DNA of 63,651 bases, counting the filler, from Trichomonas gallinae (Eukaryota): NCBI GenBank assembly GCA_008369845.1. It is 7 parts of 7 records of this genome, joined end to end, with 100 filler letters (N's around TTAATTAATTAA, not from the genome) between each part and the next. Parts side by side here need not be neighbours in the genome. Positions count along the whole stretch, not along the records: positions 10,569 to 33,275 come from MRSU01000822.1; 6 more parts are not named here. One strand, given 5' to 3'. Below, in pieces: positions 22,466 to 33,375 of this stretch. The notes under the pieces were generated by a model that searched no databases, had not been told where the DNA came from, and worked only from the letters and a program-made list of their open reading frames with translations. Positions within the stretch are counted from its first letter, which is position 1, and each line of letters opens with the position of its first letter. The position numbers and the translations under genes were made by a program.

Positions 22466-23902
22466 ATGATTTTTGTTACATCTTCACGAATAAAATTCGT
22501 AATTTACCTATCAATGGCCATAACTAACATCGTCCTCTTCTATGAATACATTTCGTGTGAAGAAAGACTTCTATCTCCCGAAGAAATGAAAACCGAATTA
22601 ATCTCTGAGCACTACTTCCACTTGAAGCTCGTCTCACAGATCTTCTTTACGAATTTAACTTACGCAACTATGCTCATTTACTTCCACAACATCAAACGAT
22701 TATGGACACGCACAAAAAATAATTTTAAATTCACTCTTCTTACGTTGTTGATATTTGGAATCTTCATATATTTCCCAAAGAACCTTTGGAATACATTCTA
22801 TGTCGAAAATAGGTTTAAATTCACAAGGATGTCGATTTCATTTTTTATAAATGCTGAAATCATCAATTTCACGTTAATTTCTGCTTTAGTATGCATCCTT
22901 GTCAAGATTTCACTTATTCGCACAGACTTACTTCTACTTTCAAAGAATTCTTATATAAAAATACAATCTGATTCAGAATCTGGCCAATTATCAGAAGAGG
23001 AGAATAACAATGATCTTATAGTCATAAATAATACAAAAAATGACAATTCTTCGCATCACGTTTTTATATTTTTATTAATTCTTTACATATTATACGGAAT
23101 TTTCGGAATTCAAATACAGAAAGCGCTAGGATTCTATATGAGAGCTGATATTTTAGATGGAGGAACGCATTTTTACGGAATCTCACAGCAATTATCGAAA
23201 AATGTTTCATTTTACATAAAAACAGATCAAAAGTATTCACATTGTGGATATGAGATAAAAGAATTCTTTGGCCAGATGCCAACAATATCTCAAAACTTGT
23301 TTTTTCTCGCATCATTCAAAGATATTAATTTAATTGAAATTCTAATTGATTCTGAGCTGAAAAACAAGAATTCTATGAATCATTATTTCATGTCTTTCAT
23401 ATATATTTTGCTTTTTTCGTCGGTTTACTCAGTTATAAGCAACAGAATCATAATCGACATGAGAATTGATTCTGCTTCGATCAACATTTTCATTTCGTTT
23501 ATAGTTTTTTATAGCTTACTGATCTTTGTGACACCGCTTATCAATTTCTACAAAAAGCAGCAGATATTTGTATCTGACTGTGAAGCATGTCTCAGGAACT
23601 CATCTGTCTCTCAGGCGTTGAATCTTGTCTACAGGAGAGATTTCAAAATTGTCAACCCGACATTCTTGTACAAAACATTCTTTTATACAGAGAACACATT
23701 GTATGAGCGACTCTTATCAATCGCTCAATGTTCAAGCATTCCACCACCTACATCAAAGTCACGCGTCAGTTGGACAATATCCAACTACACGACAGAAAGT
23801 GAAGAAAGACTTCCTGTGTGGAGCTATGCTGACATCCTTCAGATTTCCCGCAGGCCTAATCCTAACTATACATTCCCATACTACTATTTATACAATAAAT
23901 AA
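22466..23902 (+). CDS. Ste24/CAAX prenyl protease (peptidase M48)-like multi-TM protein, apparently catalytically inactive
   Basis: TFYVENRFKFTRMS resembles Ste24 TFVxEEKxGFNKQT. LYKTFFYTENTLYERLLSI resembles LxSxWHYSHPPLxERLxAL. The HExxH position reads SELKN. Multiple hydrophobic helices. Confidence 0.65.
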   Translation: MIFVTSSRIKFVIYLSMAITNIVLFYEYISCEERLLSPEEMKTELISEHYFHLKLVSQIFFTNLTYATMLIYFHNIKRLWTRTKNNFKFTLLTLLIFGIFIYFPKNLWNTFYVENRFKFTRMSISFFINAEIINFTLISALVCILVKISLIRTDLLLLSKNSYIKIQSDSESGQLSEEENNNDLIVINNTKNDNSSHHVFIFLLILYILYGIFGIQIQKALGFYMRADILDGGTHFYGISQQLSKNVSFYIKTDQKYSHCGYEIKEFFGQMPTISQNLFFLASFKDINLIEILIDSELKNKNSMNHYFMSFIYILLFSSVYSVISNRIIIDMRIDSASINIFISFIVFYSLLIFVTPLINFYKKQQIFVSDCEACLRNSSVSQALNLVYRRDFKIVNPTFLYKTFFYTENTLYERLLSIAQCSSIPPPTSKSRVSWTISNYTTESEERLPVWSYADILQISRRPNPNYTFPYYYLYNK

Positions 23903-24506
23903 TAATAAATTGTTTGTTTATTTTTCATTACTCAATTATTTTTTAAATTAGTATAACCTGAACTTTTTTTTAAGAGAACTCATAGAAAAATTCTATGAGC
24001 TATATTCAAAATATTGTCACTTTTGTCGTTGTTTCTGATGTTACCCCTATATATTCAAAATATTCTCTTTTGGGTACTATATCACTATGATGAAAATGAA
24101 CCAAACTCATCTAATTTTGATTTGTTGACATATCTCTCTAATCAAATGATATATTCTTAAGAATCGATTTAGAATTTTTTTTGTTTTTGCTTTTCGTCAA
24201 TTTTAATATGTAAATGAGATTTATATATCTTTCCAAATTCTTTTTTATTTAATATTAATTTTTCATTACCTTATATTTATCTGTTCATTAATCATTATTG
24301 TCAAAGCACCATTGATGAAAGATATATATTTGACGGTCAATGATTCTCAATATATTATCTAATTCCAAACTATGAGATCAAAAATGAAAAATTAAATCAA
24401 ATTAAATTAACAGACTTTTAATGAATAAAACTTTGTTTATTCAAAAGAAAAATCAATTCGCAAAACAAACTTTATTATAAAATTATCGAAAGAATTATAA
24501 AAATTT

Positions 24507-25205
24507 TCAAAGATTATGTTTCTCTGTATACTGCATTGGTGTTTCTTCTGATTTCAATAATGGAACATAATCTTGCTCTTCTTTAGTGCAGGCAACACCG
24601 CATGAACAAAATGAAACAAATATAACGAAAACTGCCATTATTGCAGAACCTATTATAGTATACATTACATAGTCGCGGTTATGATCAATAATAGCGTTCT
24701 TGCAGTATGGAACTCCGCCATCAAGCCATTTTTTAATAAAATCTGGATTTAAATAAGCAGCGCATCTTGCTGTATCCCAGTCAGTTCTCGAATCAAAACC
24801 ACAGCAAATCATTTTGTTTTCAACATCTATGACTGTTTCGATATCTTGCTTATTTAAAGTACTCCATGCACGTTGCCATAAATCAGGATCAAAAATCAAC
24901 TTTTGAGGGAAGAAATAGAAGACAACTGCTACTCCTGCTGTAGAAACAATCGCAACAAATAAAAATCCAACAAGTATAACGTGGCAAGCTCTACTTTTTG
25001 TACAGCAGCTTCCTAAGCCAATGATAGCTGATACGAAGCAGAAAATTGTTGCGATCATTGTAAGTCCGTAAATGAAAAATTGATTATAGTATTGCCTATC
25101 ATCAATACGTATTCCCCAATACGCTAGATATCCAATTCCGGCGCATCCTAAAATGATAAATAGTGAGCTAAATGAAATAAAACAGCGTAAACAGTTGAAT
25201 GCCAT
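24507..25205 (-). CDS. Tetraspanin family protein
   Basis: 232 aa with four hydrophobic segments, CCG (MICCGF) and further Cys in the large loop, juxtamembrane Cys, and a YVPL Yxx-phi motif in the tail. Confidence 0.85.
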   Translation of the reverse strand: MAFNCLRCFISFSSLFIILGCAGIGYLAYWGIRIDDRQYYNQFFIYGLTMIATIFCFVSAIIGLGSCCTKSRACHVILVGFLFVAIVSTAGVAVVFYFFPQKLIFDPDLWQRAWSTLNKQDIETVIDVENKMICCGFDSRTDWDTARCAAYLNPDFIKKWLDGGVPYCKNAIIDHNRDYVMYTIIGSAIMAVFVIFVSFCSCGVACTKEEQDYVPLLKSEETPMQYTEKHNL

Positions 25206-25943
25206 CTTGTCAAAATAAAAAAAAAAATATTTTACATTGACACAAAATTAAACACATATATGTATGTCCTATGTTTAAATAAATGTCTGACTTTTGAATC
25301 GTTATTTACGGGCGTAAAAGAATCATTAAAAGTTGTAAACTTATTAATCTCGTCAATACAGATATTAGACGACTCAACCAAAAATCTGACACGTAAACTT
25401 TGCATGTTTTATCTCTATGTAATGATAACTTAGCATGTCCTGATATTTCCTCATATCTGTTGTCATCATAACTCTGAATTTACTATATTTGCAAGCTTTA
25501 AAATGATATAGAACATGGTTTACTTTTATTTTATTAAATTTTTTTCATACAATTCTCTTCCAAGTTTCTTTCATTGTAATTGCTTTGAATGTATACATTA
25601 TTCATTTTAATTCCTAGCATTAGCTTGCTGATGTTAACAATAACCTGCTTATTGCTTCAATGTTCTTAAAAACTGGTTTATTACGTTGCACAAATAGAAT
25701 TTCATTCAGCAAAAAAAAAAAAGAGTCGTTCTTCGACATTCTGTCAATTTATCAAAATGTTTATAACTTGCCGAATATTCATATTTAGGCATTCAAATTT
25801 TAACCATGATATATACTAGGGTATCTCTATGATATTGCAGAGCATTATATTATAACAATTTCGCAGACCTTTTACAAAATTAAAAGAAGAAATCAATCGC
25901 AAAACTTATTATTAAACTATCCAATGAATTATATGAAAAAAAT

Positions 25944-26453
25944 TCAAAGATTTTGTTTCTCTGTACATTGCTATGGAGCTTCTTCTGACTGCAATAATGG
26001 GATATTTTCTTGTTCCTCTTTAGAGTTGAGAACCCCGCCTGCGAAAAATGAAACAACAAGAACGAAAACTGCCATGATTGCCATAACTACTATAGTATAA
26101 TTTATGTAGAAATTGTTAGAGCCAGCACGAGCGGTCTTGCAGTCTGGAACCCAGCCATGAAGCCATTTTTCAATAAAATCTTGATTCAAATAAACAGCGA
26201 ATCTTGCTGTATCCCAATCCGATCTCAAACCATAGCCACAGCAAACCACATTGTTTTCAATATCTATGACTTTTGCGAAATCTTCTGGATTTACATTACT
26301 CCATGCATGTTGCCATAAATCAGTATCAGAAAGCAATTTATCAGGGAAGAAAAGGAATATAACTGCTGTTACTGCCGTAGATATAACCGAAATTATTGAA
26401 AATCCAACAAGAAAAGCGTGGTAAGTTCTATTACTTGTGCAGCAGCTTCATAA
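25944..26453 (-). pseudogene. 5'-truncated tandem duplicate of the tetraspanin at 24507-25205
   Basis: Homology starts at tta-TGA-agc-tgc (intact copy: tta-GGA-agc-tgc). TM1-2 and the start codon are absent. TAG at 25971-25973 replaces ATG shortly before the conserved TGA at 25944-25946. The 3' flank is also homologous. Confidence 0.85.
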
Positions 26454-26522
26454 TCATATGAATCATATAAAAAATTATTAAAAAAATGATTGATTACTAA
26501 TGCAATATACATGGTAATTTAA

Positions 26523-27542
26523 TTACAATTTTTTCGCATTGGTGTTTCTGATATTAATCCTCAAGCGATTGTGGACTAGGTTTCCTCTTGTTACTGGATT
26601 AGCAATCCTCGCACGCTTGGAAATGATACTATTGTTGTTGTTATTGTTGTTCTTGAAGTCGATCTTAGAGATATACTTGTGTGTCTTGAAGTTTCTCTCG
26701 ATGTAATCGAGCAAGTCTTGAGCGGAAGCTCTCATGTTTGGATCCCAAATGAGGCAGCTCCTGATGATCTGGCCAATGAAGCCGTTTGTTTCAGTAATGA
26801 TCTCAATGTTGTTGTTAGCAAGCTTGTTCAAAAACTGTGCTTCACTTTTCATCTCCTCCCATGGGAATGTTTTTGTTATTAAAACATGGAGAGTGACGCC
26901 AAAAGCCCAGATGTCAGCCTTTCTTCCATCATAGTTTTCTCCTCTGATTATCTCTGGGGCCATGAAGAAAGGAGTTCCGCAAATCGTCTTCGCAGAGTCA
27001 GCATGTTCCATTGAGACCCCAAAATCGATGATTTTCGGGTTGAACTGATCGTCAAAGAGGATGTTCTCTGATTTGATGTCTCTGTGGCATATTCCACGCT
27101 TGTGGAGGTAGTTGAGACCTTCTAATATGCCTTTTGTGATCTTCATCATAATTTCTAATGTGAACTGATATCCTCTCATCAAGATTGATTGCAAGTCGCC
27201 GTTTTTAAGGTATTCCATGACAATCATAATGATATCTTCTTCGTAAATGATATCATAAACTTTGACAATATTTGGATGATCGAATCTTGAACTTAAGCGA
27301 AGCTCATTATCAAGATACATCATAATGTTGTTCTTTGTGATGTATTCACGGCCAATAATCTTGATTGCGACTAATTTGTCGGTCTTGATTTCTTGGCCCA
27401 AAGCAATAACAGCGAATCCTCCTTTGCCGATGATCTTCTTGATCTCATACTTGCCCGCACGCTCAGGTACCCTGACCATGTAGCCGTTGATGTTGTAATA
27501 TGTTTGTTTGAAGCTCATTATAAAGAAATGTTTGTTTAACAT
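26523..27542 (-). CDS. CAMK-group Ser/Thr protein kinase
   Basis: GKGGFA, VAIK, HRDIKSEN, DFG, CGTPFFMAPE and DIWAFG all intact. Alternative start ATG at 27518. Confidence 0.93.
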   Translation of the reverse strand: MLNKHFFIMSFKQTYYNINGYMVRVPERAGKYEIKKIIGKGGFAVIALGQEIKTDKLVAIKIIGREYITKNNIMMYLDNELRLSSRFDHPNIVKVYDIIYEEDIIMIVMEYLKNGDLQSILMRGYQFTLEIMMKITKGILEGLNYLHKRGICHRDIKSENILFDDQFNPKIIDFGVSMEHADSAKTICGTPFFMAPEIIRGENYDGRKADIWAFGVTLHVLITKTFPWEEMKSEAQFLNKLANNNIEIITETNGFIGQIIRSCLIWDPNMRASAQDLLDYIERNFKTHKYISKIDFKNNNNNNNSIISKRARIANPVTRGNLVHNRLRINIRNTNAKKL

Positions 27543-29597
27543 TCAAAAAATTGAGAAAAAGCTTTAAATTTTCAAATTATAACGATGGAATGTGGGATTG
27601 TATACTGCAGTCATGGGATTTTTTTATATGTTTGGATAATTTGGTGTAAAATTCAGTGAATACTGAAAAATTGAGGATAGACACAAAAAATAATCATTAT
27701 TTTTTGATGAATTCCTGCTTATTAATGTATAGGAACCTAGAAAAACATGTTATTTAGGAATATTGTTGTAAACTAGTTAAAAGTTTCTGAGTTTTGAATA
27801 GTATTGAAAAAATAATCATTTGAGGCGTTCGATAATTTTGGTATAATTATTTATTTGCAAGCAATGTTTTAAATTTCATTCGAAGTTTTGAATGATAAAG
27901 AAAAAATAACCAGAAAATTCAATACTTGTTAATTTTTAGATTAACTACTCATGAATATCTTAGATGTTTAGCATGATAAATGTTTTCAATTGAAAAAATA
28001 ATCATTATTTGTGAGTTTATTTTTCCTTCTGTTATTTATTCACAATGAGATTATGGCAATAACCAACATGTTAATTTTAAAATTTTGTTTGACCAAATTA
28101 TTTCAGTTATAGATTTGAGACGGCAAAAAACGTGCATTCGATGGATTATTCGATTTGCATTTCATTAATCGGATACAATAGTGCCGTATTCATAATAAAG
28201 AACATCGATTATTAACTATTTTAATTTTGAGAACTAAATTTGAAAAACAGATTTTTCGGTAAAAAATACTTGATTATGTGTCATAATGAACCATGCTTCA
28301 ATTCTGATATCTTTCAGAATTCTTCATATATTTTTCTATACTCTCTCCTTATATTAGGGAATTTTCACTGCTATATGTAATATGATTGTATCAGACCAGG
28401 TTTAGTTCAGCACGTAAAATGATTAATTCATTGAAAAACTAATTTTTTGAAAAATTTGTCCTATAGGTTTCAAAAAATAAGTTGTAATATATTAGTCTAT
28501 GACTATATTAACACATTAATGTTTGTTTCATCAATCCAATTCAATTCTATCGAGTGTAAAAAAAAAAATCAAATGAATAGGTTGTAGTTTTCTTTAATAT
28601 ATTGATGAATATTATCCATATATTTGGCCTAAATCCATTTTGATCATTAAGTGCCCTCAATTCCATTATTTATATAAATTTTTCAAAGCTCACACAAAAA
28701 ACAACAACATCGAAAAAAGAATATTGCTTACAAAACCCTACAATGGCATTATTGAAAAAGCGTAGATTACGATAACATGTTTTATTCTCAATGCTTTCAA
28801 ATGTATAAATTTCTTTTCAACAGAATCTATTTATATGTTACGGGCTCTTGTTTTCCTATTAACTTGTATCTATTCTGTAAATTACTCGGTTTCTCAGTAG
28901 ATTTTTTACTAATAACACGATATTGTTATTAAAAATCGACAAATATTTTTCAAAAATAGAACTAATGCATTAATTATATAAATTCTCTTGCTTTGCATAT
29001 TATATGTAATAGATATCTATTTAAGTCTCCAAAATTTTGAATAGTCATTATGAAAAAAGATGACAATATTATGTATTTGGAGGCGTGATATATAAAGTAT
29101 TGATGAACTATAATAGTTCAATATAATTATAATAATAAAAATGCATTACTCCATGCCAAACAATCAAAAAATAATTAACAATATTACATTCTCATTGTTT
29201 CTATTCTAAAACCATAGTTTATAGGAATTGTTTCCGATTTTCGATATTATTCCTACTTATAACATATATGAAATTATCAATTAAAAATTCAAATGGCAAA
29301 TGTCTTATTTACGCCTTAACAATATAGATTAATACGTAATATGTTGAAATACATTATAATCTTGTTGCATATTTGTTATATTCGATATAATATTGATGAA
29401 TTAGGAGTATTTATTTTATTATTTGACAAAAATCTTTATGAAGCATACCATAGAACTATATAGTTGTATAATATTATTTAATAATGTACGTAATATCAAA
29501 TATTTACAACAATATAAAGTTATATAATAAATGTGATTTAAGGTTAATATTAATATTTGACATATAAAATATTTTATTTGTCATTTTTTTACAAACA

Positions 29598-30836
29598 ATG
29601 CTTGAAGATCAAGAAACAAATTCATTTGGTTTTCAATCAACGCTAACTCAAGTGTCAGTCACATCTGATAGAAAAGCATCACTTATTGCACAAGATATTG
29701 TCAACATAATTAATTCTTATTCATATGAACAGCATGAGCGAGCATTACAAGATTTATCAAACTACTTTGTCAAATATGGGCCGATTTTTAGAGCAGAATC
29801 ATCAAGATTGTTTTTCTCAAAGCTTGCAAAATTTATTACGAATTCAGATAATGAAAATATTCGAAACATTTCATTCCATTGCTTATGTTGGCTGGGATAT
29901 ACTGTATATAAAGACTATCCAATTGATTTTTTGACGCAAAATGATGTTTTTGGAAAAATTCATTCGTTATTGACATCTAACAATGATAACCAGATAAATG
30001 AAGGTTTAGGTTTGATGACAGGACTACTTATCAATCCAGAAATCGTTCAAAAATATATTGATGATAATATATTCAACTATTTCCAAACAAATCAATATTC
30101 AATTAACACTTTATGGCCTATATTTATATACAAGCTCTTAACAAAAATTAACTTGCAAATATTCTCAGATTTTAATTTAATATGTCAATATTTATATCCA
30201 TACTTGCAATCACCTTATGCTCCAAATAGATTTCATACGCTTAATAGTTTAATATTATTGCATCGAAATGAATATACTTTTGATTTATCGTCAATACATT
30301 CAAATTTCATGAATTTACTTTCTGATGATGATATAGATGTTGTTGAATCAACTTTATACTTTGTGAATACAGTTGAATCCGTTGATTCAGATTTATTCAA
30401 CAAATTAATCGATATACAATACAAGTCAGAATACATTTCAAAATCATCTGTTAGATATTTAATGAATAATACAGATAACCTTGATGAAAGTCAATTGCAA
30501 AAAATTTATCAAAATATTCTTTATGGAGCTGGTAATTTTTCAAATGAATACACCATACTTATCATACCATATCTAGTTACAATCGTACGCGAGCTCTCAG
30601 TTTGCGATACTGGTGCTTTTGAAATATTTGCAAAATATCTTGATGATTCTGCATCATGCGCGAACTGTATAACTGGAATGTATCAAATCATGCAATTAGC
30701 GCAAAACCAAGGATCTCTTGGTGATTTTATGGAAACACTTTCATCTTGTGTGGATGCAATTGAAGATTTGATGCAATCAGATGATGAAGTCATATCAGAG
30801 ATAGCTTCAAATTTGATGAATATCTTGCATTCCTAA
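29598..30836 (+). CDS. Hypothetical all-helical protein, possibly ARM/HEAT-repeat
   Basis: 412-aa ORF with LLSDDDIDVV and DLMQSDDEVISEIAS-type helical repeats. Initiator-like TGTCATTTTT upstream. Confidence 0.7.
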   Translation: MLEDQETNSFGFQSTLTQVSVTSDRKASLIAQDIVNIINSYSYEQHERALQDLSNYFVKYGPIFRAESSRLFFSKLAKFITNSDNENIRNISFHCLCWLGYTVYKDYPIDFLTQNDVFGKIHSLLTSNNDNQINEGLGLMTGLLINPEIVQKYIDDNIFNYFQTNQYSINTLWPIFIYKLLTKINLQIFSDFNLICQYLYPYLQSPYAPNRFHTLNSLILLHRNEYTFDLSSIHSNFMNLLSDDDIDVVESTLYFVNTVESVDSDLFNKLIDIQYKSEYISKSSVRYLMNNTDNLDESQLQKIYQNILYGAGNFSNEYTILIIPYLVTIVRELSVCDTGAFEIFAKYLDDSASCANCITGMYQIMQLAQNQGSLGDFMETLSSCVDAIEDLMQSDDEVISEIASNLMNILHS

Positions 30837-31105
30837 AATATAATTTCAAATTACGCATTTCAAGAAAAATATCGAATATTTGGTCGATAACTCAATGCAT
30901 TATATATATTTTTTCTTTAAAACTGTGTTTTTATTCTAATTATTTTTTGATTCAAAATAATAAAACGCAAACAATGAAACTCTGCGAAAATTCTTATACC
31001 TATTGATTTTGATTATAAATATGAATATGTTAGAAAATAGTATAATATTTTTAGATTTTTCAACAATAATATCTAATATTACTAACAAAAAGATAAAAAA
31101 ATGCT

Positions 31106-31741
31106 TTATATGGCGAAGTAATTCTGTCCATCTTGATAAATCAATGGCTCTTGCTGTAGTGCTTCAAGAACAACATTTGCAATTTCAGTTGTTCCGCAGA
31201 TATCAATAAGCTCATCAATTGTTGTTGCTGATCCATTTTTGCCTTTAATATATTCTAAAACTTTCTCTGATAATTTCGATATTTCTGTAGTTTGACTTTG
31301 CGTAGAAGTAAGAGAATCGTCTGTTAGATACTGAAATTCATTGAAATCTTTATGAATCACAGCTAATTCAAGAAGATGCCTGACTTCAAACATTGGATCT
31401 GCTTTTACAGACACGCATTTCATATTGATAATGTATGGTTTTTGATTAAAAACACTGCCGAGTACCTCAGCATAGTCGCCAACTTTTGGTAAAATAAAAT
31501 CATCCGGATGTTTCAAAAGAACTTTGATTATTCCTGTTCCGTCATCAATTTTAAAATATTCGTCGGATTTTTCAATAACAAGGCCAGCAATTCTAACATT
31601 TTGGTATTCAATGGAACTCATTTCACCATTTTTGCGAAGTTTGCACGAAAAAGCATTTGTGATGAGGTCTACAGATGAATTGAGTATATCAGAAATTGCT
31701 AATTTGTAATGAATTTTTGAGATATGACTTGATTGAGTCAT
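31106..31741 (-). CDS. RPA32/Stn1-like OB-fold plus winged-helix ssDNA-binding protein
   Basis: KLAISDIL, VRIAGLV, KIDDGTGII, VGDYAEVLG, DPMFEVRHLLE (OB fold). C-terminal LSEKVLEYIK...LEALQQEPLIYQ...YF resembles a winged helix. Confidence 0.75.
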   Translation of the reverse strand: MTQSSHISKIHYKLAISDILNSSVDLITNAFSCKLRKNGEMSSIEYQNVRIAGLVIEKSDEYFKIDDGTGIIKVLLKHPDDFILPKVGDYAEVLGSVFNQKPYIINMKCVSVKADPMFEVRHLLELAVIHKDFNEFQYLTDDSLTSTQSQTTEISKLSEKVLEYIKGKNGSATTIDELIDICGTTEIANVVLEALQQEPLIYQDGQNYFAI

Positions 31742-32188
31742 TCAAAGAAAAAAAGATGAAAAAATGATATGAGATGCTATATCTAATTATTATATTTATA
31801 TCTAATTATTAATCCTTCATATTGATGAATTATGATACATTCAAAAATAAAAAGTTCGAAGGAAAGAATCAAAAATGCTAATTATAAGATGTTGAACCTT
31901 TAGATTATCTGTTATACAATTCTTAAAAGAAAATCTATATTTTGCCATGTAAAGAAAAATATGTCAAGTAAATAATAAAAGTGTCGTACGATTATTTTTA
32001 ATTCAAATTTTCAATATTATTTTGTCAAGTTTTTCATCTCATGACAAAACTTTGGTAAATTCTTAAAATTGAAGACAGCAAACAGTATATTCTTCATTTT
32101 TAATTGAAAATAAAATTTTTGACCGTTGAATTAAATCCCAAAAACATGACAAAATTTTACTAGATTTTGACTTAGTTCATTTTTTGTT

Positions 32189-32584
32189 ATGTTAGCTACA
32201 AAGGATGTACGACGAAAATTCGCTCTGTTCGTCTTAGACTCCAGCAATATGATTGAATGCAATGATGCAGGAATGCCAATGATAGGTGGGAGGAAAAAAC
32301 CTCGCACCCCTCAGCATTACTCCATCGCATTTAATCAATTGCTAAGGAAAACAGGTAATGTAGAAGCTCCAAAGAAGTTCCCTATACCAGAAATAATATC
32401 CACAACTAACAAAGAGCAACGAAATAGCTCTGAAGCAATTCTTCAGATCGAAGAATCTGAAGATACTCCATTGGAAAATCTGAGCTTCGATTTCGCTAGC
32501 GAACTTGAATCAAATCAAGCAGGATTTGTTGATGATTTTAGTTCGTTCGAAGAATTCGAAACACCAGAACTTAATTTTATATAA
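32189..32584 (+). CDS. Small lineage-specific protein (basic N-terminus, acidic C-terminus), tandem paralogue 1
   Basis: 131 aa. First ~55 aa closely match 32716 (KFAxFVLDS...ECxDAGxPM..GRKKPRT..HYS.AF.QLL.KTG). GTTCATTTTTT initiator. Confidence 0.75.
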   Translation: MLATKDVRRKFALFVLDSSNMIECNDAGMPMIGGRKKPRTPQHYSIAFNQLLRKTGNVEAPKKFPIPEIISTTNKEQRNSSEAILQIEESEDTPLENLSFDFASELESNQAGFVDDFSSFEEFETPELNFI

Positions 32585-32715
32585 TTTCATTGTTTTACAA
32601 GGTATAATGTCTGGCCTTATTTATAAACAGACATCAAATAAAAATGTCACATGACAAATTTTTTATTTAGAGTTTTTTTGCCTCACTTTTTCGACTAATT
32701 GAGTTCATTTTTTTA

Positions 32716-33102
32716 ATGGTACCAGCTAAGAACGTTCGCCCCAAATTCGCACAATTTGTCTTAGACTCTAACTGTCTGACCGAATGTGATGATGCTGGAA
32801 TACCAATGATGCGCGGAAGGAAAAAACCCCGCACGTCTAAACATTACTCGATGGCTTTTGATCAGCTTCTTATTAAGACAGGAAAAGGGTCTCTTAAGAA
32901 TCTTCCTATTCCCGACATTATATTCCCACCTAACCAAGTCATACAAATTACCCTAGAAGATATTCATCAGATACAAGAAGATGAGATGCCTTTTGAGGTA
33001 AAACCATATGACTGCCTTGAAGAACTTGAATCATATCAGGATTATCTTCAAAAAATTGATCCATTCCCCTCATTTGAAATATCCGAAATCAATCTCATAT
33101 AA
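32716..33102 (+). CDS. Small lineage-specific protein, tandem paralogue 2
   Basis: 128 aa, paralogue of 32189, with the same GTTCATTTTTT initiator. Confidence 0.75.
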   Translation: MVPAKNVRPKFAQFVLDSNCLTECDDAGIPMMRGRKKPRTSKHYSMAFDQLLIKTGKGSLKNLPIPDIIFPPNQVIQITLEDIHQIQEDEMPFEVKPYDCLEELESYQDYLQKIDPFPSFEISEINLI

Positions 33103-33275
33103 TTTCAAAGGTTTTGTCTTACCTTATGTATGAATAAAGACAAAATAATAAATTTTTTATTAAAATTTGATAAATTGGTGTTTCTGATTTTTTTTTAAAG
33201 GTGTTCCGACTCTCATTTCTCTAGCGATTTGGACGAAATTTATAATATAGATTATACTACTGATATGTATGTAAA

Positions 33276-33375
33276 NNNNNNNNNNNNNNNNNNNNNNNNN
33301 NNNNNNNNNNNNNNNNNNNTTAATTAATTAANNNNNNNNNNNNNNNNNNNNNNNNNNNNNNNNNNNNNNNNNNNN
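33276..33375. other. Artificial contig linker
   Basis: N44-TTAATTAATTAA-N44. Confidence 0.97.

Noticed and set aside
23979..23999. 9-bp hairpin CTCATAGAA-AAA-TTCTATGAG downstream of the Ste24-like gene
   Set aside because: A single short AT-rich hairpin, plausible by chance, and bacterial-type terminators do not apply to this eukaryote.
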